64,000 bases of DNA, from positions 57,846,001-57,910,000 of the forward strand of contig OX597827.1 in NCBI GenBank assembly GCA_951406725.2, in the 5' to 3' direction. Shown one piece after another: positions 36,721 through 49,864 of the stretch. Source of the stretch: Octopus vulgaris (lineage: Eukaryota). The number at the start of each line of letters is the position of its first letter. Within the stretch, counting starts at the first letter, position 1. Below the pieces are notes generated by a model. The model saw only the letters and a list, made by a program, of their open reading frames with translations. It did not search any database and was not told where the DNA came from. Made by a program: the position numbers and the translations under genes.

Positions 36721-38512
36721 AAGATGGATAGATGCATAGATTCTACTGGGAAAGACAAAGTTTGAGATGGATATTGAGTCCACTCTTCATCTTTGGGCAT
36801 TTGATAGCTGTTCTTGGCCCCCAGATTAACTTTTATAGAACAGACTTGGGATCAAAGATATTCTAGCCATGACCATTCCATCTTTTTAGTTTCAGACAGT
36901 AGGATCTAATTTGGGTGAAATTTGGCTGCTATATCAAACAGATAGTAACTTTGTACAGGCTCCTTTCTTGACCTCTGCATATCTTTCTAGTTGATAGTAA
37001 GTTAGATAAAGAAATCTAAATCGCATATCAGTCGGCACTGATTACTGTCGGTATCTAGAAGGTGAGTTATTTGGATGATCATAATCTAAATTTCATTTAC
37101 CTAAGCTCAAAGATAAAATCTTATCCAAAGTGCTTTTGAAAACAGATGCATGAAGGTGTTTCTTTGAGCAACTTAAAAAAGAAAAGCCTGTTTACAGGAG
37201 ATGTGGGTTCAAGCCCCACTGGCAGTATTTGACTTCATCCAAAAGGGTTTTTTAATCCAAAATTTACACACTATTATTTATAACTTTATATCTGTTTCAA
37301 GATTCAGTGTTCCAAAAAAGAACACACCATTAGTAACAACTTCTCCTTTTTAAAGAGAAGCTAGTCCCACTTTCTCACGAGTTTAATAAAAACAAACAGT
37401 TTTGCTTTTAACTTACAAAAACTGTTTTACAGTTACATAGATTCTAAAACACACTATCAATTGATGGTCATACATATATGTTTAAAATAGGTAAATTAAA
37501 CAAAGGCAAGTAGATTAATGTATCTCATTTCCAAGGGAGGAATACCATACTGGTGACAGAGGTTGCTCTCATAACTTAGTCTTTTAGTCTCATAAAGTTA
37601 AATATCCAACCACTACACCTCTATAAATATCTTACACATACGAATAAAAGATGACGTACAGCTGGGACATGTATGCATATCTCAAGGATTTTATTACTTG
37701 AAGTCTTAAGGAAGTAGAAATGGTAAGTTGTGGTAGCCATGAACTTTTTTTGGGTTTCTTTCCCAGGCACCTTTTTAGCAAGGGAAGTGAAACTTCTTCC
37801 ACCGGGTATCAAAGTCAGTCACCAGAATGAGTATGGACCAACTTACCACAATATTACCACCACCACATAATTTGATTAACAAAACAACACACAAACTGAA
37901 TTAACTTTTATATTCTAGTAGGAGAAGATCATCACTAAACTATACATTAATTTAGTACTTCACTACTAGGTTGTATACTCTCAATGTTTATCTGATTAAC
38001 ACCGGTAACAAAGAGAATGAACAAAGATATTTCAATGATGGCCCAACATTACATCCACTCAGTCACTTAAACTTGAAACACTAATGATTAAAAAGTTATC
38101 TTGGCAAAAAAAAAAAAAAATGTCCTTTTAGATAAAACAATATTTTGACAGAAGGGGAGACCAAAGAGAAATGATGATTAATGTGAATTCAATGAATGAG
38201 ACATTTCTAGAGTGTTAAGGAAGAAATCTATTTCTGAAAAAATAAAATACCAAATAGGGACAGAGTGGGGTATTTATTATTATTATTATTTTTTTGTTTA
38301 AAAAAAATGAAAGTATTGAAATTAATGTTGCTGCTGCTGCTGTTGCTACTGTTGCATTCACTATGAAATTTGGTGAAATAAAAGTAGGGGTAAAACCCAA
38401 GCAAACAACAAAGTAAAGATAAAAAAAAAATAAAGCAGAGAGACGGAGAATAGTAATAGTACATGAAGTTAAAATCCTGGGGTATCAGGCAACAGGACTT
38501 AGCTAACTGTGC

Positions 38513-38623
38513 CTAATGTTTCCAAGCACGGCTATAGTCGGAGGAAGACCAGGAATAGCGGTGACGGGGCAGGGAACCTGTCCCACTGTAGCCAGGGTAA
38601 CCCAGATAAGAAGAGCTCCGAAC
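38513..38623 (-). CDS. Alternative terminal coding exon C: VRSSSYLGYPGYSGTGSLPRHRYSWSSSDYSRAWKH*
   Basis: Acceptor attgctcttctctgcag|GTT with a branch-like ACTAAC at ~38671-38676. GC-rich island, phase-0 frame matches exon B, TAG at 38515-38513, minus-strand AATAAA at 38278-38273. Confidence 0.75.
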   Translation of the reverse strand, partial: VRSSSYLGYPGYSGTGSLPRHRYSWSSSDYSRAWKH

Positions 38624-39421
38624 CTGCAGAGAAGAGCAATAAATTTTATTATACACATGAACCAACAACTAGTTAGTTCCACCACCGCTATGTTAAATAA
38701 GAGTAAGGATGGGACATTTATGGCAACACACTAGGAGCATTTACTTCAGACCACAAGCTACACAGGGTTAAAATACACCACATGTATACACATACAGACA
38801 CGCAAACACACACTTTAATTAGTCAGCCTTTATAAATTGAGGACAAAGTTTTAAAAGCAGTTTGACACACTGTCATTTATTCCAGAGCTTAAATCATGTT
38901 CAATCAACACACACACACACACACACATAGGCACACGTTTAGTGTTTGCATTTCACAATTAAGTGTATAAGGCAGTTAAGAAAAATAATAGCAATACACA
39001 GATATGACAACATAGTTTTCATTCTCTGAGCTGATCACCAATGCAAAAGGATTTTATTGAGAAAAAAAGTCTTTAAGATTGAAAAATAAACTATGAACTA
39101 GAAATAATATCTTCAGTGAAAATTAATCCTATCCTACAGGGATTAAATTAAAAATAAAAAAATGTCATAAAAGGTCAAGTCACATGTCCCTTTTTTATTG
39201 GCTTGTTTCCCTTTTTCTATGATGCTATAGGAATGTGGAGGGAGAAAGCAGAGTATCTGGTGAGAGGTGGAAGTGAGAAAAAGAAAGTATCATAAAGGTG
39301 AATTAGAATAATGTGTGTGTTTATATAATGCATGATATTGATGTGTGGAAGACAAGAGCATCAAGAAATATGTTGTAAATTGGAGAGAAGTGATGGTGAC
39401 AGATTTTCATTGAGAGAAAGA

Positions 39422-39471
<50 letters not shown>

Positions 39472-41799
39472 CATGACAAATAATGAAGTAAGAAATAGTG
39501 ATGTGTGTGTGTGTGTGGGTGGGTGGGTGTTAAGGAGCAAGGGTTTAAGAGTAAAGAAGTCAAGGGGTGGTTTTTCAAATCTACCTCAGGTAATTGCAAG
39601 TCAAAAAGATGAAATTCTCAACCACAGAGAAACAGCTCAATTTCGAATTGCAGAAAGAAGATAAAGATTATCACAAGAAGTCAATGCCTTGATGTGATTT
39701 GCAGAGAAGATGAACTATTGCAATATAATAAAAAAACCACAAAAAAAGAAACTGAAGCAAAGTTTGAGGTAAAATGAAAAAAATATATATCTGGAAAGAG
39801 ACAAAATGAAATGCAAGATGAAAATGGAGCAAGGTTTGAAGCAGAAAGATAAGGAACCAGAAATAAACCCCATCATTTTTAATGAATCCTACACTGGTAA
39901 TATAATAAAACTGTATCATGTTGTGAGGTTGGACAGTTTTATATAAGCAAAATAACATTAAAACATCTATAAATGTTTTTAAGATGGCTTATTGACTTGA
40001 CTCAGAGAGTTAATTAGGAAACTGAGATCAGAGACATGAAGCAATATAAATAGGCAAATAAATGAAATCTGAAATAGGATTGAAGTAATTTCTTTCACTG
40101 AAATATTTAGATTTTAGGCCAGTGTTATTTTCTTTAAACCATCAATATTTTTTTTGCAGTTGTGAAATTATGTATCAACAACTATTCATAATTACAGAAA
40201 ATTAAGTTTCTTATTTCATACAACTCCAGATTTATCAGTAAGAGAAGATACCAAAGGATATTACTAATATGAATGCGATGAAAATCAAAACTAAGTTAAA
40301 CTCCAGTCATCATAATCTTATCATTGGTGCAGAATGCTACCACATACTTCTATAGAATAAGGAAACTACCATTAATACTGATAGACCAAAACCAGTTTAA
40401 AATCAAACCACATAATTATAAATTAATGTTGAAGAATCAATTTTCTTCTCATCACAATCTTATCATTCATGTATGGTTCATTATAATAAAACTACCTTTG
40501 AATCAAAAATATTTTAATAATATATAAGGTACATACACACACATATACATGCATACACACACACACATTCCTCCAGTTATATATATAATACACTACCATA
40601 GTTATGGAATCTATTTTATTCCTTTTATATTTACTAGAGTGCACAGTCAACTTTTTTCAATGACTTCTAGTCAGAGACTGATAGCAGGATATCACATTGC
40701 TGCACTTGCTTTAATCTCACTACTTATGTAAGCTGTAAGAATGAGGAAATGGTTATCAATACAGATAGCGGTCCAATTCAGGAATGGACAGACCTGAGAT
40801 TAGTTCTATGCTACTAAGCTACCAGATTTTTATCGCAATAATTGGTTGTGGGTCATCTACATGGTAGGCTAAGCAGTTCATTATTTTAGAAATAGGATAC
40901 TTTTACAATATATAAACTATGAATAGAAGAATATCAGTATTTTCAAGATAATAATTCTGAGATAAACTTACTTAAGAATCCAAATGCTTTTGTGAGAAAT
41001 TGTAATCATAGGTTATTGGACACAAGTATACAACCTTCTGTCTTAAGAAATTGGATTTTAACCTTACAGATTGCCAAAATTTTAATGAACAATATAATTA
41101 TAACAGTCTGGAGTTTTTAGCGAGATTTTCATAACTAATAGTACATCATATAGACAAAACAAACTTAAGGTTCTTCATGAATTTTACCATCAGCTAAATA
41201 CTTAAAAAGAAAATATTTTTTAAGCAGGTGATCAGCTCAGTTACAACAATAACAACAACAATAAGGATAAGAATATAAGCAAAACTAGAGTACTTTCTGA
41301 AGGGTTTTTACTAATGCATATATGTGTCAAAGTGGCTAGGAAATCAATGACTTAGTATATAGACAATGACATCGAATAGAAACAAGCTTTGCTTTATAAT
41401 GGCAGCCAAAAAATAGATATTGCTCCCTTTTTCTAGTGCAGTAATTACAAGTTGAAAGGGTATGCAAAAATAAAAGAATTTCATTATATGTCCAAATTAA
41501 AAATTTGACAAACCCTTTCAACTCTGCTAGTATATACAACTGAAATACTAAAAACCAAAACGTTTTTACCCACCATAACATAAAAAATAGTTGGGAAAAG
41601 TGTTTCACAGAAGAATGCTCTTCCTGATACTAATTACCAACAGGAGTAGAAGTCATTATTGTTTTCAAACAATGTGACAAAGGAAGACAGTGAACTCAAA
41701 TTATAGCAACCAATTCCACTACTTGACCATAACTTCATTGTCCAATTTTTAAAAATTACACAGCATCTGTATATGTTTGCAAATGTTTATCATTCTTAA

Positions 41800-42010
41800 C
41801 CCTTTAGTGTTCGCATTATTCTGCCAAAATTAATCCTTTTTTATCCACATTGTTTTGAACTAATCATGCATTATCTTGTAGCTATGAGATTTTGATGAGG
41901 TAGCTGTTAATTTTTAAAACGATATTGTAGGGTTGGTGTGAGAGACCAGATCTGGCCAGTTTGAACATAAAACAGGCAGAATACTTTTGGCCGGTTTAAA
42001 CGCTAAAGGG
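41800..42010. mobile_element. piggyBac-type MITE, family 1, opposite orientation to the 58327 copy
   Basis: TTAA|CCCTTTAG...CTAAAGGG|TTAA; internal sequence is the reverse complement of the 58327 copy. Confidence 0.85.
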
Positions 42011-42521
42011 TTAAATTACAAAATTATTTTTTGTAAATATCCATAATTTTTTGTTTTAAAATATTCCAGTTACACTTCAAGGATTTAGATACTGAAAGAC
42101 ACCAAAACAACGCGCAAACTTCTCAGTTTGATTAAGACCAAGATAATCCCTTGGTGCACTGCTCTTGATAACCCCACCAAATACTGCCCCATTATCATAA
42201 TTTAGACAGAAAAAATTCTTCATTCTTGGAAGAAACAAAGCAAAGCTTTACAGATATAACCCTAACAACATAGTAAAAATCTTCAGAAGGTATCTAGACT
42301 GAATGCAGAAGGACATTTATTACAGCTGAAAATTAAGACACCAAGCGATTACACTTTCTGGCAAATTGAAGAAAGATTATATGCTTAAATAAAGAAAGAT
42401 ATACAAGAGGGTCAATACACAAGCAATACATATTGAAATTATAACCATTAAAAAATATTAATATTTCAAATGCAGTGATAGGTTTGATCTGAATATATAT
42501 ACATACATACAAACATATGTA

Positions 42522-42736
42522 GAGGGTTGGCCAAAAGTCACCCAACAGTAAATCAAAATTCTATAAATACTATCTGTAATTTCTGTATTGACACAAATAG
42601 AAAAATGTGTCGCTCAAGAAGGACTTCAGTTTGAACAATTTTCATGATGTTTCATATTTAGATGCTTTTATTACATAAATAATTCTTGGAATTAAATGGT
42701 TTTGATTTACTGTCAGGTGACTTTTGGCCAACCCTG
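42522..42736. mobile_element. Tc1/mariner-type MITE with TA target-site duplication
   Basis: ~37-bp TIRs (AGGGTTGGCCAAAAGTCACC..ACAGTAAATCAAAA and its reverse complement) flanked by TA on both sides. Confidence 0.85.
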
Positions 42737-43135
42737 TATATGTGTCTATGTGTATGTATGTATATGATAGATAGATAAATAAAAAAACCTATAGATAATA
42801 GACACGCTATTCTTAAGATGTGCTTAAATTACAGATTTCATGCAGCAGAATACTCGTTTTATCTTATTTAGTTTTAAATCAATTAGCATTGTATGTGTGT
42901 ATGTGTACATGTGTACATGTATGTGTGTATAAATAAATAAATAAGTATGCAAACAATCAATATTTTTCTTAGTGTAAAGAAGATATATTTGCAAGCATGA
43001 AAGAATAATGATAAAATATATATCCATAACACATATACAGGGAAAAAAATCTTAAAAACAAAAGTAAATAATAAAATGATATTAAATAAAACATTTAATA
43101 AACATGAAAGAAAAAAAAAAACTAAAAAATTTCAT

Positions 43136-43169
<34 letters not shown>

Positions 43170-45502
43170 GTGATTTGATATCTAAATGCAATAGCCAAGA
43201 ATTTTAAGAGACAGGATTCTCCTTTAGGCAGCTGTCCAAAATAAGACATTGTTGGAAATCTAGTAAATAAGCCAAATGCATATCTTGTGGCATATGCACA
43301 TTTTACACCTAAAAGTATGCAAGATATTTTGGTTCCTTACATAAATAAGTTGAAAACTGCATGCAATTTTGGACATCATTTAAAGCCAAAGGAAAAAAGA
43401 TTGTAAAAAAAAAATGGCAAAGAAAATAAATTTGAATATAATGAAATGTAAAAATGCATATGGAATAAAATGAAGTCAACAAAATTGATGGGAAGGAGAT
43501 GGCTGGAGAACTAAACTAATCTAATATTCAGAGCTGGTTTCAATGTAGGAAACACTACTACTTTAGTTTGAAAAGAGAACACGCACCAGTTTTTATTAGC
43601 TTTGTGTCTCTTATCAACTTTCATTTGCTGTTGCCCACTTTCCCAACTCCTTTACTGTTTGTTGAAAGCTACAGTTCTGATGTTCTATTAAATCTATGCA
43701 CAATAATATATTGAGTAAACAGCACTCTGGAAACTCTCTAACTGATGTAAATTTTTTTAGCATGGAAAAATATATGCAGAGAAAGAGAGAAAGAAGGAAA
43801 GCCAAGGATTTTATGGCACCATTTCTGATCTAGGTTATCCAATACAGAATGTCAAGTTTGCTTTAATGTGCTCTCTGTATGATGCAAATCATTTATAATG
43901 GAGATCATCCTATGATTGTTTTTAAAGGTACATTTAAATTTAAATATAAGGACAATTTATCTTAATATATGACTATAATACCTTTTATTTTTGATGTCAT
44001 AGGGATAAATCAACAAATATAAAACAGCGGCACATTTCAATAGTCACTTTGTGTTATCTAAATCTTACGTTTGGGTAGTAATTTAGCTGTTAAGAAAATA
44101 TAGGAAAACCTTCAAGTAAACTGTGGCAAGGTGAAACATTCTGTGGTAATTTTCCTAAATGAAAACTGAAGTCTTTAAATAATTAACACAAATGGATTAA
44201 CAGGCCAAAATCAACTTGATTCTTTTCCCACCATATGCTTTCCTAATCTGGTAAATCAACACTGCACATCCACTGGATTATTACATTCAATTAATTCTTC
44301 ACCAATCCTAGGGTATAGAGTAGAAATGACTCTTTAGTTGTTCTGAGGATAAGGCGATCTTCATGATAAAATGCACCTGGTAGACTCAGAAGGCAGCCAC
44401 TCCAAATAAAAGCTGAATCAGACTATGATAAACTGTCCAACCCATGCCAGCATGAGAAAGAAGCCATAATGATAAAATATATTTGCTATCAGAAACAGCA
44501 GCGTCGTAATAACTTAATCCCATCTTCATTACATAATCAGCAGTGACAAAATTGACACTAATATCATTATGTAATTATACTCCTGGAGGCTGTACGTGCT
44601 GATAGCAATTCAGGTACATCTGGTGTATAATATATTATAATTTCTGATCAGTCTTTTGTGCAATTCCTGTTTGCACTAACAACTATCATGTTAATGGGAT
44701 CCTTGTTGTAAAAACAGTCAGACATTGTTTGCCTTCAAGCAAAACCTTTTAAGTTTTGAACTTAATGCATTTTGCATCAGATCTACTAAAAGTTCTTGGG
44801 TATCAGTGCTAGCCAATATATGCTCAAAAATGTTGACTAAACCTTTTGGCTAGAAAAAGCCAAAGGCTTTTTAACCCAATATTTACATGCTATTATTTAT
44901 AGTTTCAACTGCTTTGAGTTTAATCATTCCATAGAAGAATTTTTTCATGTTCTCTCAAAGACTCTAAATTCTTATAATGTCAACAATACACACACACAAA
45001 CAAAACCCTTTTGAATATTTACCAATTCACTACAAAAGGATAAAGATAATTTCATAAAATAAAGCATGAGGAATATGAGACTATGTAATTGCTAACTCAT
45101 CATCTTACAAACACATACTTTTATAGCACTTTTGAGGTTCAAGATTGAAAAAACACTAATGTGAATTAGTAGCAGTTTCTTACAGAAAAAAAATGAAATC
45201 CTGTACAATAATCAAAAAAAAAATCTATCCTTTAGGTAATATTCTTGTTTTTTTTTTTCATTAATTAGTATTTCACTTCCATCATTTGTCTGGGCTTTGG
45301 GAACTGGGACACTAAGTGCTTCCTAATTAGTTCACCAGTTGAAAAAAAACCCAAAAAACATTGGGGATTGTTTTGTCTAAGAATCCTAAGTAAAAAAAAA
45401 AAATGATTTATAAAAATTTAATTGACGGTTAGCAAGTTTTTAAGATCGTGAAAATCAGCATTTATAATTGAATTGAATTCTAACTTTGCTCAGACGACTT
45501 AA

Positions 45503-45998
45503 CCCTTTTGGCATCACCTGTCTGAGATTGCCCTTGGTTCTTTGATATTTACTTTCGGTTTTAAAGTGATCTAAATTACAATAGCCTAACAATAGCTTAA
45601 TAATGATTTCAAATTTTGGCACAAAGCCAGCAAGTTCAGAGAAGAGGATAAGTCAATCCAACCCAAAAAGGATGAAAGACAAAGTCAACCCTAGCGGCAT
45701 TTGAATGTAAAATGCCACTAAGTATTTTGCCCTGTATGCTAATGATTTTGTCAGCTTGCCACCTTACACTAGCTTAATAATCCTTTCTACTATAGGCACA
45801 AGACCTGAAATTTGGGGGCAGGATATACTTGATTACATTGACCTCAGTACTCAACTGGTACCTATTTTATTGACCCCCAGAATGATGAAAGGCAAAGCTG
45901 ATCTTAATAATGACAATGTTATTTTATTGAATCTGTCATTATTTTCAAAATTAATTGAAACACAGGCAGTGTGTGTCAACAGACATATAACAAAAGGG
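45503..45998. mobile_element. piggyBac-type family 2 MITE containing two nested SINE fragments
   Basis: TTAA|CCCTTTT...AAAAGGG|TTAA. SINE pieces at ~45605-45905 are bounded by repeated CTTAATAAT. Confidence 0.7.
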
Positions 45999-46460
45999 TT
46001 AACTCTGAACATTTTTTGATGAAGAATTTTTACATATAATCTAGAATCTAAACAACAGTAAAAACAGACGCTTGCTTGTGATAAAGATGTTATAATCAAA
46101 TTGCTGCAAGGAAAGTTACAGTGAAGTAGACCTTGCCAGCCTATAATATCAATCCTAATTTCTATTTAACCTAAACCAGATTCTAGGGTACATACAAATG
46201 ATTGGCTGTGTTGACGATATTGAAAACATAATTAGCAGATCAAACATTAAAGTGAGGAAGAAAAAAAAACATAGCAGTAATTCATTTCTTTTGAGAGAAA
46301 GCCTTTTCTTTTTCTTCTTTTTTTTTTTTTATAAATTAGGTACAGCATTCAAATCAGTGTTTTCTAAATGTATAGCAAATTGCACTAATACTTATCTTGA
46401 GGAGATCAGCAGTGAAAGAAAAGCATGAGAGACACATCACAAGAAACACAGATCTCTTAC

Positions 46461-46594
46461 CTCCTTCTTTGACAAAGATCTTAAATCATAACCAATGGTG
46501 CTACCACTACTATAGCGGCTGCTGTACGAGCTGTAGGGTTTTGTCATGGAAGACAGCGGTGATGGATTACTTTCTTCAGGGACACTGTATAAAT
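46461..46594 (-). CDS. Internal coding exon B (134 nt, phase 1/0): DLYSVPEESNPSPLSSMTKPYSSYSSRYSSGSTIGYDLRSLSKKE
   Basis: Acceptor ttctctattattttag|ATTTA and donor AAGGAG|gtaaga. Locally GC-richer than flanks, open frame continuous with exon A, ends in phase 0. Confidence 0.88.
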
Positions 46595-47014
46595 CTAAAA
46601 TAATAGAGAAGGTGTTATAAATTAACTGGAAACAACAATTAAATTAGGCTCTGGGCTGCATTGGATTTTATTAACATTTATTCTCTTCAGCAACAATTTC
46701 TTTGAAACAATAAAAAAAAAAAAGGGTGGAGTGGAGAACAAAAACAATACGACCACTTGGAAACTCCTTGGTGGAGCATTTTGCACTCTAAATACAAATA
46801 CTGAAATTATCAAAATAATTGGTGAACAAAAACTTCCTCTAGGTAAAATAACACCAATATGATCAGTTGATTGAAATTTTTGAACATAGACAATGCACAT
46901 TGGAGTGTAACAGACCATTAAAGCCAAATGGTGAAAACAACAGATGTGTTTCAGTCTCATTAAACCTCCTTGGCATATTCTACACTGCATGATTAAGAGT
47001 GATCTCTTTCTCTT

Positions 47015-47045
<31 letters not shown>

Positions 47046-49864
47046 GGGAGGGGGGGGGGAGAATAGTGAAATTGATTGTTGATGGAAAATACTTCAGAGG
47101 AGTGTTCTGCTTACTAAATACAATTATGGTACTATAGTGAGGTGAAAAACTGATGAACGGAAATTATCCAACGGAAATTAGTGAGTAAAACTCCTAGGAA
47201 AGATAGACAAGTAAAAGTGATAAGCTCAATAAAATTAACTGATAAAATTTAAGAGTTACTACATTCCGAACTACAATATATAACTCACAGTCTTGCCAAC
47301 TGAGTAGAATATGCTTGGCCAAGGAGGTCTAATAAGACTGAAACATGCCCATTACTTTCATCAGAAGCCTTAAAAGCCAGATCCACTCCAGCCTAAAAAT
47401 TTTAACCATCTGATCTTATTGGTGTTAACTCACTTTTAAACACATCTAGAGAGAGTTTTGATCCACAAATTGCTTGGATGTTCTCAAAAGATCAATGTTT
47501 TGCAGCTCATTAGATTACATATATGAGAGTACACTATATTTGGAAAAGAATATTAACTTGTATCTATGTGTTGCTCAGTAACTTCTGTCTACTTGTTAAA
47601 TACCTATTGATTTTACCACCAGTATATTTATGACACTTGCTCTATATGCCCTTGGTTAATGAGAAATATATGACAGACCCTGACAAGACTCACTTCAATA
47701 CTCAGAAGCACGGTATGATATTCAAACGATCCTTCTTGTTTCTCTTTGTGAATATTACTTAACAGAAGTGAGAGACAGTCATAAGTGACTCAAAATACTG
47801 AACATCAGTTAGTTTGATGAACATTTCAGTAAAAGTTTAGCTTCAGCAGTTCAGAAGAAAGAAAAAGAAGGAAAAGACAGTTTTAGATTAGGAACTTTAT
47901 TTACAAAATGTTTAAAAATGTGAGTTTTATCGGTGGCAGCTAGAAAAGAAGCTTACTCTACACAATTTTTTTTTTTGCTTTTTATATTTAATTTCCTGTT
48001 GTTTTCAATTACTTTAATGAGTACCATAATTATCTCAGTCTCAAAACACCAGTAATGTTGATTAAATTTCAAATATGTGGGCAATATTCATAGCATCTGC
48101 AATTCAAAAGGTATAATCAAGTCATTATATAGTCTGAAACTCAATCGAAAAAAGACAGGAATATGTCTGAAACAATGTTCTTCATCTAGATTTGAACTCA
48201 AAGGGCAATTTGCAATATAGATTTATGAAAATAAAATCTATTTGCATACCAATCTTAAATGATTCTACAATTCTGACATTGTTATGAGCATTTAGAAAAA
48301 GTAGCAATTTAAACTATCAGCCTTAAAACTTGAGACTGATACAATGCAAAATGCAATACAAAAATGTAATCAGAACAACAGTTGATGTCCATCTTGTATT
48401 TTTGTTTTTTTTCAGTATTTCGGTGTAAGGACCCCTTCATCAAGACATTTTAACGAGATTGTTCTGTTTTTGCTTCTGTAATTCTTTGCATTGTTTTGGC
48501 CTTAACAAGTTTTTATCTAATTTAATATCATGTTTCATCCAAACTACTCTAATTTAAGTTGTATTTTTTTTAATGAAAAATATTTTATAAATGAACCTTT
48601 CGGATGTTGACCTCTTAACTATATTTGGACAACATGTAGATTTTTATGAAGAAATCTATATAGAACAAGGTTAAGTAAACAATACTTAATTCTGACAAGA
48701 GAGAAGCTAAGAAGAAGCAAAGAGAATAAGAAAAGGAAGAAACTGAGAGATAGGAAAAAAGATACAGGAATAAAATTTCTAAATATACAAGTAACTTATA
48801 CACCTCACTTCTGTATATTTTTCCATTAATAACTTTTGTTTAGAAAAAAATATTAATGAGAGAGAGAGGGGGGGGGTATTGAGCTATAAATGTATAGCTC
48901 AATAGAAATTCATTGCATGGTGTACATATCTAATATACTTCACAGATTACATATTTTATCAGAGCTACTTCATCGCATCAGTAAGTGTTTCACAAGCAAA
49001 CAAATCCCTCTTGACATGTGCTGAGTTTATCAACTTGTTAAAACAAGATTTGAGGAGATAAGAACGACAGTTCATCACCATATGTGTAAGTGTGTGTAAG
49101 TGAGTTCACATATATCAGTTTTCCAGTTAATTGATACTGCATATTAAATACATATATGTATATTTTTTTTGCCTGTATCTAGCAAAAATGTGTTAAATGA
49201 AATATTATAGTTTTCCTTTTAACAACTTGTACCAGTATATTGTGTAAATAATTACTAAAATAAGACATAGCAATAATTGAAAATGTTATTAGTTACTTTC
49301 AATTTCAATTTAACAATTATAATTGACATCCAATGAAGAGATAATATGATGCATTTTGTACAACAGTAAGATATGTATTGGTAAATTGTACAAAATGGTT
49401 AAACTTAATTTAAAATAATAAATTGTTTATCTTTGTTATCAAACAGATAATGGCAAGTATTGCATTGGAGCTCATCACTGCCTTGGAGAATCTTGGCAGT
49501 TGTGGTAATGATCATTCAATGAATAAATATTTGAAAGTGTTTGCCCGCCATTTGATCAAGGTTTAGCTGTAATAATGACATAACTTTTCATAGTTGTCAG
49601 GCATGCAGCATTTCTGCTGGAAATAGTGCAGAATGATATGGGAATACAAGATTTGGTTGTTGTTCTGCACATAAATAATTTTTATGAAATGCTTATTGAA
49701 TTCATTGTCTGAATGTTTGAACAAACCAGATAGAAAACAGTAGACGCCATATGTTGAATGCCATTTTATTGCACAAATGTTTAATTTTGGATGATACAAC
49801 AGAGTTCCATTGTAGGATATAACCGTTTCAGGCTATCTTTCAATGGTGTAGATTTTATAGAATA

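Noticed and set aside
37185-37230. tRNA-like T-arm GTGGGTTCAAGCCCCAC
   Set aside because: No D-arm or acceptor stem; probably a SINE head or tRNA relic.
38503-38734. ORF-track calls 38503-38685 (-) and 38516-38734 (+)
   Set aside because: They overlap exon C in the wrong frame or strand; splice phase supports VRSSSY...WKH*.
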